From contig CANATJ010000002.1 in NCBI GenBank assembly GCA_947364595.1, forward strand, positions 1-51,960: 51,960 bases of DNA, read 5' to 3'. The DNA comes from an uncultured Bacillota bacterium. Its GTDB lineage: Bacteria > Bacillota_I > Bacilli_A > RF39 > UBA660. The notes beneath the pieces are model-generated. The model made no database searches. It worked only from the letters and a program-made list of their open reading frames with translations, and was not told the origin of the DNA. Below, piece after piece: positions 1-9,075 of this stretch. Positions within the stretch are counted from its first letter, which is position 1. Each line of letters opens with the position of its first letter. A program made the translations under genes and the position numbers.

Positions 1-418
1 TCATATTCACAAAAGCATCTACAGTTCCAGCTACAGCTTCAGCAAGTGCGACAACCGCATCATTACCACTTGCAATCGCTACTCCTTTAAATAAATCTTT
101 AACACTCATTTTTTCACCAGTTTCAAGTAAAATTTGACTTCCACCCATACTAGAAGCTTTTTCACTAACTTGAATAACTTGATCCCACTTTATAATGCCT
201 TTTTCTAAAGATTCCATAATAAGAAGCATACTCATCATCTTAGTCATACTAGCAGGTACTAATTTTTCATCCGCATTTTTTTCATATATTATCTTTCCAG
301 TACTAGCTTCTATCAAAATAGCCGATTTAGCATTTTCCGCTAATTTAAGTTCATCAGCTTTAACCTTAGGAACACTTATAAAACAAAATAACATTAATAA
401 TACCAAAAACCTTTTCAT
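1..418 (-). CDS. D-alanyl-D-alanine carboxypeptidase (PBP5-type), N-terminal portion; the rest lies beyond the window edge
   Basis: Absent from the ORF track because it runs off the window. Reverse translation from the ATG at 418-416 gives MKRFLVLLMLFCFISVPKVKADE... (signal peptide). This is followed by the SMTK (SxxK) and ASGND (SxN) motifs of serine DD-peptidases. Confidence 0.8.
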   Translation of the reverse strand, partial: MKRFLVLLMLFCFISVPKVKADELKLAENAKSAILIEASTGKIIYEKNADEKLVPASMTKMMSMLLIMESLEKGIIKWDQVIQVSEKASSMGGSQILLETGEKMSVKDLFKGVAIASGNDAVVALAEAVAGTVDAFVNM

Positions 419-487
419 ATTCCACCTCTAATAAAAAATATGAAAAAAACAAAAAATATATAACAAAAAACGACACCAAAGTATCGT

Positions 488-844
488 TTAACAATCTTCC
501 CTAACAAAATTATATTTATATTTACTTCCACTATAAGTAATATCAACATGACCACATATTTTAGAATTATCCTTAGGATCATATAAATCAGAGCTATCAA
601 TATAATTATCACTTGCAAGCCTATCAAGACTAAGTGAATAAGTCCCATTCATTGGAATTTCATCAGCATTAACAATTGCCCAATTATCAGCAGCTTTTTC
701 AATAGTATCTACTTGAACATCAGAAAGGCCCTCTTTAGATTGATTCATTGAATCTATAACTCTAGGAGCAACTATAAGAGCAATTATACTTAAAATAGCA
801 ATAACCGCAAGTAATTCAACCAACGTAAAACCTCTATTTTTCAT
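488..844 (-). CDS. prepilin-type N-terminal cleavage/methylation domain protein (short type IV pilin/pseudopilin-like, 118 aa)
   Basis: The likely true start is MKNRG|FTLVELLAVIAILSIIALIV, with G-1, F+1 and E+5 in a class III signal. The ATG at 844-842 lies 1 nt after the upstream pilin stop. There are two Cys residues near the C-terminus (ICGH...EDC). Confidence 0.8.
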   Translation of the reverse strand: MKNRGFTLVELLAVIAILSIIALIVAPRVIDSMNQSKEGLSDVQVDTIEKAADNWAIVNADEIPMNGTYSLSLDRLASDNYIDSSDLYDPKDNSKICGHVDITYSGSKYKYNFVREDC

Positions 845-845
845 A

Positions 846-1208
846 TTAGCAATCTCCTTTATACGTATATACAAATTGATTATTAGCATAAGTAATACAA
901 ATTTTAGTAGATAATGAAACATCCTCATTATCAATTAAATTTTTAATACTTTTATCCTCTAAAAAGCCATCATCTTGTAATGTTTTAATATCCACATAAC
1001 TTTTAGAAGGATTATTCCCTTCTAAAGCCACATGTTCAATTCCCCATTGCCTTGCCGCTGATTCAATAATTTCCTTTTGATTATTATTAAGACTATTTTT
1101 AGAATTATTTAAAATACTAGCTACATTAGGAACAGCAATCACTGCCACCAAACCTAATATTACAATAACTGCCAAAAGTTCAACTAAAGTAAATCCTTTA
1201 CTTTTCAT
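846..1208 (-). CDS. prepilin-type N-terminal cleavage/methylation domain protein (short pilin-like, 120 aa), paralog of 488-844
   Basis: Starts MKSKG|FTLVELLAVIVILGLVAVIAV, preceded by RBS taggtgatgat. It shares a C-terminal ...KICITY...YTYKGDC pattern with its neighbour. Confidence 0.8.
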   Translation of the reverse strand: MKSKGFTLVELLAVIVILGLVAVIAVPNVASILNNSKNSLNNNQKEIIESAARQWGIEHVALEGNNPSKSYVDIKTLQDDGFLEDKSIKNLIDNEDVSLSTKICITYANNQFVYTYKGDC

Positions 1209-1268
1209 ATCATCACCTATTATTAAATATATCACAATAACATTTTTAAGTAAATAAAAACATAAATT

Positions 1269-1514
1269 CTAAAAAGAATCTATGTTTATTCTAACTCTGC
1301 GTTCATGATTAATGTATGAACTAGCTTGGACTATAGTTCTAATTGCATTAGCAATTACACCTTTTTTACCAATAACTGCGCCCATATCATCTTCACTAAC
1401 TAAAACCTCAATTGTAATAACGTCTTCCTCATCATCAAATTGTTTTACTGATACCATATCAGGGTTTTTAACTAAACTTTTTACTAAAAATTCTGTTAAA
1501 CTTCCTAAATTCAT
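1269..1514 (-). CDS. KH-domain RNA-binding protein (YlqC/UPF0109-like)
   Basis: 81 aa with a GxxG KH motif (VIGKKGVIANAIRTIV). It lies immediately downstream of rpsP, as in Bacillus. Confidence 0.8.
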   Translation of the reverse strand: MNLGSLTEFLVKSLVKNPDMVSVKQFDDEEDVITIEVLVSEDDMGAVIGKKGVIANAIRTIVQASSYINHERRVRINIDSF

Positions 1515-1516
1515 AA

Positions 1517-1798
1517 TTATTTACTTTCTTTGCTATTTTTTAAATTATGGAATTTTTCATTAATTCCTGCTTTAGAAAATAAACTCTTAACTGTATCAGT
1601 TGGAACAGCACCATTAGAAAGCCATTTTAAAGCAACATCTTCTTTAATATTGATTTCTGCTGGTTCAGTTACTGGATTATAAGTACCAACTAATTCAATA
1701 TATTTTCCATCTCTTTTTGTTCTAGAATCTGCAGCTACAACACGGTAAAAGGGTTTCTTTTTAGCACCCATTCTTAAAAGTCTTAATTTAACTGCCAT
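1517..1798 (-). CDS. rpsP: 30S ribosomal protein S16
   Basis: [35 protein letters not shown]... is a canonical S16 N-terminus. The start was trimmed from the track ORF to this Met. Confidence 0.95.
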   Translation of the reverse strand: MAVKLRLLRMGAKKKPFYRVVAADSRTKRDGKYIELVGTYNPVTEPAEINIKEDVALKWLSNGAVPTDTVKSLFSKAGINEKFHNLKNSKESK

Positions 1799-1870
1799 AG
1801 TATCCCTCCATTTCATAATAAGTTTACCACAAAAAAAAGAAAGTGTCAACAACTTTTGGTTAACACTTAA

Positions 1871-2401
1871 TTATATGTAATTTTCATCTACTTTTTCATC
1901 AATTTCCTTTAAAGTATCTTCATCAACATCATCGACAATTTCATCCCAAGGCTCTTCATCATCTTCAATTGCAATTTTAACTTTAGTTTCACCAACTATT
2001 TCTACTCCTAACTCTTTTTCAATGTTAAAAGTAATAGTCTTTCCGTTTTCAATATTTACACCTGAACATGTTGGTTGTTTCAAAGAACGAACAATAATAT
2101 CTGTATCAGATAAATCAGCTGATTCACGTAATCTTACATTAAATAAATCATTATACGCAATATTTTTATTAATAACTGTAGTCTTACTATCATTATCATA
2201 AGAATACCATATATTTATATCAAATGAGCCATCAACGCCAACTTGATCCCCAGATTTATAACCTTTAAACTTATGATTGATTACCCAACATCCAAGTACT
2301 GTAGTAGGTTCATGTTCTGTTTCTAAAGTATAATTGTTTTTAAAACTTTTTTTACCCTTTCCAACAACTGCCTTAGTTACTATTTCTTTATATGAAGCCA
2401 C
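1871..2401 (-). CDS. cotE: outer spore coat morphogenetic protein CotE
   Basis: The translation (ASYKEIVTKAVVGKGKK...LGCWVINHKF...DINIWYSY.DNDSKT...EIVGETKV..., acidic tail) is collinear with B. subtilis CotE. The probable start is the GTG at 2401, with RBS gaggggtga 6 nt upstream. Confidence 0.85.
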   Translation of the reverse strand: MASYKEIVTKAVVGKGKKSFKNNYTLETEHEPTTVLGCWVINHKFKGYKSGDQVGVDGSFDINIWYSYDNDSKTTVINKNIAYNDLFNVRLRESADLSDTDIIVRSLKQPTCSGVNIENGKTITFNIEKELGVEIVGETKVKIAIEDDEEPWDEIVDDVDEDTLKEIDEKVDENYI

Positions 2402-2419
2402 TAATATCACCCCTCACTT

Positions 2420-2446
2420 TAAGATATGCATCTATTAAAAAAATGT
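2420..2446 (-). promoter_or_regulatory. sigma-K-like mother-cell promoter upstream of cotE (AC-N16-CATATCTTA)
   Basis: The minus strand reads gtgtACatttttttaatagatgCATATCTTA, matching AC-16/17-CATAnnnTA. B. subtilis cotE has a sigma-K promoter. Confidence 0.4.
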
Positions 2447-2473
2447 ACACAAAAAAAGTAGTTTTTAAACTAC

Positions 2474-3142
2474 TTATTTCATTGTTTTAACAAGAGTTTT
2501 ACCTTTTGCTGTTTTTTTAATAGAACCAGTTGTACTTAAAAATTTTTCACCCTTATCAGTAATAGGCATAATCAAAAATCTTCTAAGATTAGCAGATGGT
2601 AATGTATTTTCACTAATTTTACCATCTACATCTGAAACATCTTGTAAAACAACTTCACCATCTTGATATAAATCACCATATCCTTGTTTACGACAAAGAC
2701 TTTCAGACATAGATTCAGAATCATTAATTCTTAAATAAATAAAATCTGTTTGTTGTTTTTTAGCAAGCTCATTTACAGTTTTTACCAAAGTACTACAAAC
2801 ACCATGACCACGGAATTGACTCTTAGTAGCAAGTCCATAAATATAAAGTGGTGTTAAAAACTTAACTCCTTCATGGAAATATGGACTATGTTCATCCTCA
2901 ACTTCATCCATAAGACCAGCATATCCCATAATTTCACCTTCGTTATTATAATAACCTAAAGCAAGACCATGATATACATAACCATTATATTCATCAATTT
3001 TATCAAATAAAGTTAATGGTTCACCATATGGTGGTTCTTTAAATACATCAATAATATCTGAAAAATCATCAAATTTAATAATAGGTTTAATCACCCCATT
3101 TTCCAAAACAATTGGTTTCATTGTATATAACTCATTCATCAT
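2474..3142 (-). CDS. GNAT-family N-acetyltransferase
   Basis: Contains acetyl-CoA motif A (QFRGHGVCSTLV). Its start overlaps the upstream stop (ATGA), suggesting translational coupling with the M20 gene. Confidence 0.65.
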   Translation of the reverse strand: MMNELYTMKPIVLENGVIKPIIKFDDFSDIIDVFKEPPYGEPLTLFDKIDEYNGYVYHGLALGYYNNEGEIMGYAGLMDEVEDEHSPYFHEGVKFLTPLYIYGLATKSQFRGHGVCSTLVKTVNELAKKQQTDFIYLRINDSESMSESLCRKQGYGDLYQDGEVVLQDVSDVDGKISENTLPSANLRRFLIMPITDKGEKFLSTTGSIKKTAKGKTLVKTMK

Positions 3143-4209
3143 TTTATCACTCCTTCTTTTAATATCTTTTTATAAATGTTATATAACTTAAGTAATGAAT
3201 CTTTTTCTACAAACTCGCCTGGGTGGTGAGCATAATCACCAACTGGATTCATCAAAACAGTTGGAATATTTTTAGCTGAAAAATAAATAGCATCAGAAGT
3301 AGACTCAGTCTTTGTAATTTTAGGCTTAAAACCAAGTTCTTTTTCACAAGCCGCCAAATACTCTTTAATATTATGATTATTAATATCAGTAGTAAAAGCA
3401 ATACCACTACCAACAATCTTAATTTCAATGTTTGGATTAATAGACTTAATAAAATTTATTATATTTTCTTTTAAATCACCAACAACATGACGTATATCTA
3501 AATACATTTTTGCATAGTCAGGAACTTGATTTAAAGCATCACCACCAATTAATTTAGAAAGATTAATTGATGTTTTATAATCTGCAGCATTAAGTGGTAA
3601 TGGATACTTTTCCAAAAGTTTTAAATAACAATCATATAAACTAGTTATCGCATTTACCCCATTATATGGTTGTGATGCATGACTAGATTTTGTTTTAATA
3701 GAAAGTTCAAGTTGCAAAAGTCCTTTTTCTTCAGCAATAAGTTCAAAATCTTTACCACCATCTGGAATAATAGCTAATTTAATATTAGGATATTTATCCA
3801 CCAAACATTTAGCACAATTACCAGCAATCTCTTCATCACTTGTAATAAATAAGGCAACCTTTTTATCAGTATCAAGGTTTTTAAATAAATGCAAGCACGC
3901 AGCTACAGCACCCTTCATATCAATAGCTCCACGGCCATATACTCTATCACCTTTTGAAACATATTTATATTCCTCACATGGAACAACATCAATATGTGTG
4001 CAAAAAGCTATATCAAAATCATCTAAAGCATTAGCAATTACTAATGAACCATATCCATCAAAGTCATATTCTTTAATTATTAAATCTTTAGGCATCATTT
4101 TACTAATATCATTTAATAATTTTTTTGATATATCTTTTTGATTAGAAACACTAGGTGTATCCATTAAAACCTTTAAAATTTTTAAAATTTCTTCTAAATC
4201 TTTATTCAT
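3139..4209 (-). CDS. M20-family metallo-deacylase (ArgE/DapE/peptidase-like)
   Basis: Contains the THIDVVP, GRGAIDMKG and SDEEIAG motifs. The ATG at 4209 is preceded by RBS aaaggagtt. Confidence 0.75.
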   Translation of the reverse strand: MNKDLEEILKILKVLMDTPSVSNQKDISKKLLNDISKMMPKDLIIKEYDFDGYGSLVIANALDDFDIAFCTHIDVVPCEEYKYVSKGDRVYGRGAIDMKGAVAACLHLFKNLDTDKKVALFITSDEEIAGNCAKCLVDKYPNIKLAIIPDGGKDFELIAEEKGLLQLELSIKTKSSHASQPYNGVNAITSLYDCYLKLLEKYPLPLNAADYKTSINLSKLIGGDALNQVPDYAKMYLDIRHVVGDLKENIINFIKSINPNIEIKIVGSGIAFTTDINNHNIKEYLAACEKELGFKPKITKTESTSDAIYFSAKNIPTVLMNPVGDYAHHPGEFVEKDSLLKLYNIYKKILKEGVIK

Positions 4210-4224
4210 AAGAACTCCTTTCAA

Positions 4225-4440
4225 ATATAATAAAACCTACGCTTGTATATGCGTAGGTTATTTAACATGAAATTACCAAATCCGCAGATACAAGCATCAC
4301 AAATAGTACTTGTATCCACGATATCATCGTTTAAACAAGTACTTACCTGCAGCGTCTGCGATTGTTGATTTGCAATAATTTCATAATATCAGCCTTTCTT
4401 TGACATTCACTAATATATATTAATTTAATAAACTTGTCAA
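4225..4440 (-). promoter_or_regulatory. sigma-A promoter plus a roughly 180-nt attenuator leader (anti-antiterminator, antiterminator and terminator) upstream of the M20 gene
   Basis: The promoter is TTGACA (4440-4435), a 17-nt spacer, then TATATT (4417-4412). The terminator is CCTACGC/GCGTAGG (4236-4257) followed by a U-run. The segment gCTTGTATcTGCG is nearly the exact complement of the terminator 5' arm plus loop (CGCAtATACAAGc). The long-range helices CGCAGA/TCTGCG and AGTACTTGT/ACAAGTACT would sequester it. Confidence 0.6.
4343..4384 (-). CDS. candidate 13-aa leader peptide MKLLQINNRRRCR
   Basis: RBS gaaagg lies 8 nt upstream of the ATG. Four of the last five codons encode Arg (CGC AGA CGC tgc AGG). 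These codons form one strand of the anti-antiterminator helix. Confidence 0.35.
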   Translation of the reverse strand: MKLLQINNRRRCR

Positions 4441-4465
4441 TACCTTTTAAAAATAAAAAGTAGTT

Positions 4466-5818
4466 TTATAAACTACTCTTATTTAAAATTAACTTTAATA
4501 AAATATCTTTAAAATGAGGATTATTAGATAATTTTGTATAAATAGAAACAATTTCCTCATCAGTTAAAGACTCTTCTGAAGTAAAATTAGTAACATCCAC
4601 TTTTTCAAAAACAGTGGCCTTTGTTTGTTTAACTTTAAAATTTATATTCGCAGTAACCGTTTCTTTTTCGTTTTCAAACTTTTTAATATTTAAAGTAACT
4701 TTTGATTTGTTTTTATTACCATCAATAATAATATTTCCATCATGTTTAACATTTTCCTTTTTATCAAAAATACTAAACATCAAATTCTTCTTACCCAAAT
4801 AGATTAAACTTAAATTATCTAAAGAACTTGAAACTTCAACTTTTAATAACTTATCCATTTTAGAATTTAAAAATAATTTAAACTCTACATTACCAGCTTT
4901 CTTAAATTCTTTCTTAAGAATTGGAAGTCTTCTTTCCAAAGCAGACTTTACATCATTTGCAGGTTTGTCCATAATAGTACTTAACGCTGATACAAACTCA
5001 TCATTTGATTTTATTGTATTAACAAATTCCTCTAAAACCCTATCTCTATTTTTATCATCAATAATACATTTTGCCTCATAGCCTTTAATATCTTCACCAT
5101 TAATATTTTGTGTTTGTTTACTACCAACTATTTTTTCGCTAGATAAAGATTTAGAAATAGCTTGATTTAAACCAGATAAAATTGGTTTAGATTCATATAT
5201 TTTATAAAATTTATTAAATCTAACTTGATTTTCAGTTTTGATATATTTATCAAACAATTGCTTTAAATATAAATATGTTCCCGTTTTATCATTATAAACA
5301 TTTATATCTAAAAAATCTTGACCTTCATATTTAGAAGTAATAAATGCTGAAGAAAGATTATTAGCACTATCATTCATATAATCAATCTTAAAATTCATTT
5401 TACTAAGTTCATTATAAAAATCTTTGTTTTCATCCAAACTTTTTATATCATAATTAATATCAACTTGACCAGACTTTATATCATAAACATCTTCACTAAT
5501 ATTATTAGCCAAAGCCTCAAAAACTGAATCAATAGTTGAAAAAAATATCGTCTTAGGATTACGATTAAAGAACATAAACACAAGTATAATTGAAATAGTT
5601 ATTATCAAAAACAAACAAAATAGCCAAGGTAACTTAGACATTCTAGCCTTATTTGAATTTGTAACAATATCAGTATAATCAATATCAAAATTTTCTTCTT
5701 TAGCATCTGCATCCATCAAGGAATCTTTATATTCTTCAAAACTTTCATTAGTATTTTCTTCAACCTTAGATACAAAATCATTTAACTTTTTACTATCTAA
5801 CTTGTTACTTTTTTCCAT
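4466..5818 (-). CDS. hypothetical single-pass membrane protein (acidic N-terminal tail, one TM, large extracytoplasmic domain)
   Basis: RBS aggagag. The TM segment is LPWLFCLFLIITISIILVFMFF. I recognise no motif. Confidence 0.6.
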   Translation of the reverse strand: MEKSNKLDSKKLNDFVSKVEENTNESFEEYKDSLMDADAKEENFDIDYTDIVTNSNKARMSKLPWLFCLFLIITISIILVFMFFNRNPKTIFFSTIDSVFEALANNISEDVYDIKSGQVDINYDIKSLDENKDFYNELSKMNFKIDYMNDSANNLSSAFITSKYEGQDFLDINVYNDKTGTYLYLKQLFDKYIKTENQVRFNKFYKIYESKPILSGLNQAISKSLSSEKIVGSKQTQNINGEDIKGYEAKCIIDDKNRDRVLEEFVNTIKSNDEFVSALSTIMDKPANDVKSALERRLPILKKEFKKAGNVEFKLFLNSKMDKLLKVEVSSSLDNLSLIYLGKKNLMFSIFDKKENVKHDGNIIIDGNKNKSKVTLNIKKFENEKETVTANINFKVKQTKATVFEKVDVTNFTSEESLTDEEIVSIYTKLSNNPHFKDILLKLILNKSSL

Positions 5819-5863
5819 TAAAACTCTCCTACTTTCACAATAACTATATCAAATTATAAACAT

Positions 5864-7279
5864 TTATTCAACTATTTCACCATCCATACTCCAAGTTTTC
5901 ACTGAAGTAATTTTAACCTTAACAATTTGACCAAGTTTAGAAAAAGGAGCCTTTACATTAACTAATTTCATTGTATCAGTATATCCAGCTAACATATTCT
6001 CTTTTTTCTCGCTAATTTTTTCTAATAATACAAAAACCTCTTGATTTAAATATTTATCATTAGCCTCTTTAGCATATTCATTTATAATTTCATTTAATCT
6101 GTGTAATCTGTCTTCCTTTTCCTTTAATGAAATATCATCTTTCATTTTAGCAGCTGGAGTTCCTATTCTTGGAGAAAAAATAAACGTAAATGCTGAATCA
6201 TATTTACACTTATGAACCACATCTAAAGTTTCATTAAAATCCTCCTCTGTCTCACCAGGAAAACCAACAATAATATCTGTAGTAATCGCTGCAGATGGTA
6301 CCATTTTTTTAATCTTATTATATAAATTCAAATAAGAATCTTTTGTATACCTTCTACCCATAAGTTTTAAAATTCTATCAGATCCTGATTGTAATGGCAA
6401 ATGAATATATGGCATAACATTATCATACTCAGCAATAACCTCAATCATCTCATCCGTAAAATCCCATGGATGAGAAGTTATAAAACGAACCCTTTCAATT
6501 CCTGTTTCTGCCACATCTTTAAGTAAATCACTCATCTCATAATTAATATCTAAATCTTTACCATAAGCATTAACATTTTGCCCAAGTAACGTAACTTCCT
6601 TATATCCATCATGTTTTAACTTTTTAACTTCATTTATAATATCTTCTGGCTTTCTACTACGTTGTTTACCTCTAGTATAAGGAACTATACAATAAGTACA
6701 AAATTTATCGCATCCATACATAATATTAACCCAAGCTTTATACTTACTATCTCTTTTCGCCGGAATATTTTCAATAATATCTCCCTCAATACTATAAACC
6801 TCTAAAGATAAAGATTTATTAGTAATAGAAGATGAAAGTAATTTAGGAAGATCACTTATATTATGCGTACCAAAAACAATATCAAGCCATTTATATTTAT
6901 CTAATATTTCATCAGTAATAGATTCCTCTTGAACCATACAACCGCATAAACCAGCAATAATATTTGGTTTACTTTCTTTTAAATGTTTAATTCTACCAAC
7001 CATACCAAATACCTTATTATGAGCATTCTCTCTAATCGCACAAGTATTTAGTAAAATCAAATCAGCATCTTCCATTTTATCCGTTTCCACAAAAGACATT
7101 TCTTCTAAAATTGCCTTAATATTTTCACTATCATGTTCGTTCATTTGACAGCCGTAAGTTTTAATAAAATATTTTTTACCTTGACCCAAATCTTTATATT
7201 TATCATCTAAAACATAACTAAATGTTTTAGGCATAATTTTTGTTCTTTTTTTAGCTTCCATTAAGTTTGGAGTTTGCAT
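5864..7279 (-). CDS. miaB: tRNA-i6A37 methylthiotransferase MiaB (radical SAM)
   Basis: The UPF0004 domain has YGCQMNEHDSE, and the radical-SAM motif is CDKFCTYC. A TRAM domain sits at the C-terminus. The start was trimmed to MQTPNL. Confidence 0.9.
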   Translation of the reverse strand: MQTPNLMEAKKRTKIMPKTFSYVLDDKYKDLGQGKKYFIKTYGCQMNEHDSENIKAILEEMSFVETDKMEDADLILLNTCAIRENAHNKVFGMVGRIKHLKESKPNIIAGLCGCMVQEESITDEILDKYKWLDIVFGTHNISDLPKLLSSSITNKSLSLEVYSIEGDIIENIPAKRDSKYKAWVNIMYGCDKFCTYCIVPYTRGKQRSRKPEDIINEVKKLKHDGYKEVTLLGQNVNAYGKDLDINYEMSDLLKDVAETGIERVRFITSHPWDFTDEMIEVIAEYDNVMPYIHLPLQSGSDRILKLMGRRYTKDSYLNLYNKIKKMVPSAAITTDIIVGFPGETEEDFNETLDVVHKCKYDSAFTFIFSPRIGTPAAKMKDDISLKEKEDRLHRLNEIINEYAKEANDKYLNQEVFVLLEKISEKKENMLAGYTDTMKLVNVKAPFSKLGQIVKVKITSVKTWSMDGEIVE

Positions 7280-7304
7280 ATTTATCACTTCTTTTCCTTT
7301 ATAG

Positions 7305-7333
7305 ATAATACCATAATTAAACACTTTATTCAA
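7305..7333 (-). promoter_or_regulatory. sigma-A promoter for miaB (TTGAAT-17-TGgTATTAT)
   Basis: -35 at 7333-7328 and an extended -10 at 7310-7305. Confidence 0.5.
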
Positions 7334-7353
7334 GAAAATAGCAAAAAAGAGGC

Positions 7354-9000
7354 CTAAACCTCTCCTATTACAATAAGCACCATTGGCTTACATTCTGTTT
7401 GCTCGTAAAAATATTTTCCAACCTTATCTCTAATACCAGATTTTATCTTTGCAAAATCAACATAATTAGTTTTAACATTCTCTTTAATAACCGCTAACGA
7501 TAACTTTTCAGCTTCTTTAATTAAATCAATATTTTCCTTTACAAAAATAAATCCTCTAGTTAAAACTTCAGGCCCTGCTAAAACTTCTTTTGTTTGTTTA
7601 TCTAAAGTAGCCGTAATAATAACAATACCATTATCACTTAAAAGCTCCCTATCTTTAAGTACAAGTTCACCAACATCGCCTGCTGCTAAACCATCAATTA
7701 AAATATCATCAACAGCTACCTTTTCACCATTATCAACCAAATTACCATCTTCAAAATAAGCAACTTGACCATTTAATCTAAGTAATATATTATCCTCATT
7801 CATGCCAATTTGCTTAGCAACATTAGCATTAGCTACTTGATGACGATATTCACCAATAACCGGCATATAGTATTTTGGTTTCATTAAATCAAGCATTAAC
7901 ATCAAATCTTCAGAAGATGCATGATGTGATAAATACTTTTTCTTAGGCATCTCCACAACATTAGCGCCAATACGAGCTAAAATATCAAACATCTTAGTTG
8001 CTGTTCTTTCCATACCATCATCAATTGGTGAAGCAAATACCACAGTATCTTCACCATTAATTGTAATAAATTTATCATAACCTCTAACAATTCTTTTTAA
8101 ATTAGAAAAAGGCTTTTCTCTCTCATCTGAAACAATAACCACAATTTTTTCATCATTAACATGTTTAATAGAACAAATACGCTTTTTATCAAAATCAATA
8201 TAATTCATATCAATAGCTTTTAAAATAACATTTTCTAAACGCTTTCCTAAAATAACCACATTACGATCAGTAGTTTTTATTTCATTAAAAAGTTCTTGAA
8301 TACGATAAAGTTGGGCTTGATAAATATTAAATAAAATACGCCCTTCATTGCCATTTAAAACTTCTCTCATCGCATCACTCATACGATGATTTGGTGAAGT
8401 ATAGCCTTTCTTATCTGCATATAAAGATTCAGAAAGTAAACATAAAACTCCTTGTTTACCAACATAAGCTAATTTACCAATATCAGTTTTATAATTTCCA
8501 AGCATTGTTGGATCAAACACAAAATTACCTGTATAAAAAATAGCTCCATCTGGGGTATACAAAACATAACCAACAGTATCTGGGACCATATGAGTCAAAG
8601 ATATTGGAAAAATACTATTTTTACCAAAGTCAATTTTCTTATGTGGTTTTATCTCCACTAAATTTTTAGTACTAAGTCCGCTAGATAATAACTCATCTTT
8701 AATAATTTCTAAAGTGAAAGTTGTACCATAAATTTTTACATCACTAAGATCTTTTAAGATATCACTTAAAGCTCCCATATGTTCATCATGTCCATGGGTA
8801 ATAAAAATACCTTTAACTCTTTTAATATTATCTTTTATATAATCATAGTTAGGAATAATATAATCAACACCTAACATTTTATCATCGGCGTATTTTAAGC
8901 CTGCATCAAAAACAAATATATCGTTATTGACTTCGACAATGTACATGTTTTTCCCGTTTTCATTTAATCCGCCGAGTCCAAATATTTTAATTTTACTCAT
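7354..9000 (-). CDS. rnj: ribonuclease J (beta-CASP metallo-beta-lactamase)
   Basis: Starts MSKIKIFGLGGLNENGKNMY and contains the HGHDEHMG motif. Its 548-aa length is typical of RNase J. Confidence 0.9.
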   Translation of the reverse strand: MSKIKIFGLGGLNENGKNMYIVEVNNDIFVFDAGLKYADDKMLGVDYIIPNYDYIKDNIKRVKGIFITHGHDEHMGALSDILKDLSDVKIYGTTFTLEIIKDELLSSGLSTKNLVEIKPHKKIDFGKNSIFPISLTHMVPDTVGYVLYTPDGAIFYTGNFVFDPTMLGNYKTDIGKLAYVGKQGVLCLLSESLYADKKGYTSPNHRMSDAMREVLNGNEGRILFNIYQAQLYRIQELFNEIKTTDRNVVILGKRLENVILKAIDMNYIDFDKKRICSIKHVNDEKIVVIVSDEREKPFSNLKRIVRGYDKFITINGEDTVVFASPIDDGMERTATKMFDILARIGANVVEMPKKKYLSHHASSEDLMLMLDLMKPKYYMPVIGEYRHQVANANVAKQIGMNEDNILLRLNGQVAYFEDGNLVDNGEKVAVDDILIDGLAAGDVGELVLKDRELLSDNGIVIITATLDKQTKEVLAGPEVLTRGFIFVKENIDLIKEAEKLSLAVIKENVKTNYVDFAKIKSGIRDKVGKYFYEQTECKPMVLIVIGEV

Positions 9001-9075
9001 TTTTTCTCCTTTCTTTTTCTTTTAAAAGCCATAGCAATTATATCAAAAATATATTTAAAAAGCAAATAAAGAGCC

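Noticed and set aside
415-648. 77-aa minus-strand ORF overlapping the pilin gene 3' region, and the similar 41266-41499(-) ORF overlapping the sipW 3' end
   Set aside because: These are out-of-frame overlaps with well-supported genes. Their translations are hydrophobic and low-complexity, and they have no RBS.
4262-4400. Cys-rich reading frame ..STCLNDDIVDTSTICDACICGFGNF.. (minus) and 33-aa MKLPNPQ..CSVCDC (plus) in the M20 leader region, considered as possible RiPP precursors
   Set aside because: The minus frame has a TGA immediately upstream and no start codon. The plus ORF has no RBS. The region is better explained by mutually exclusive RNA helices ending in a terminator.
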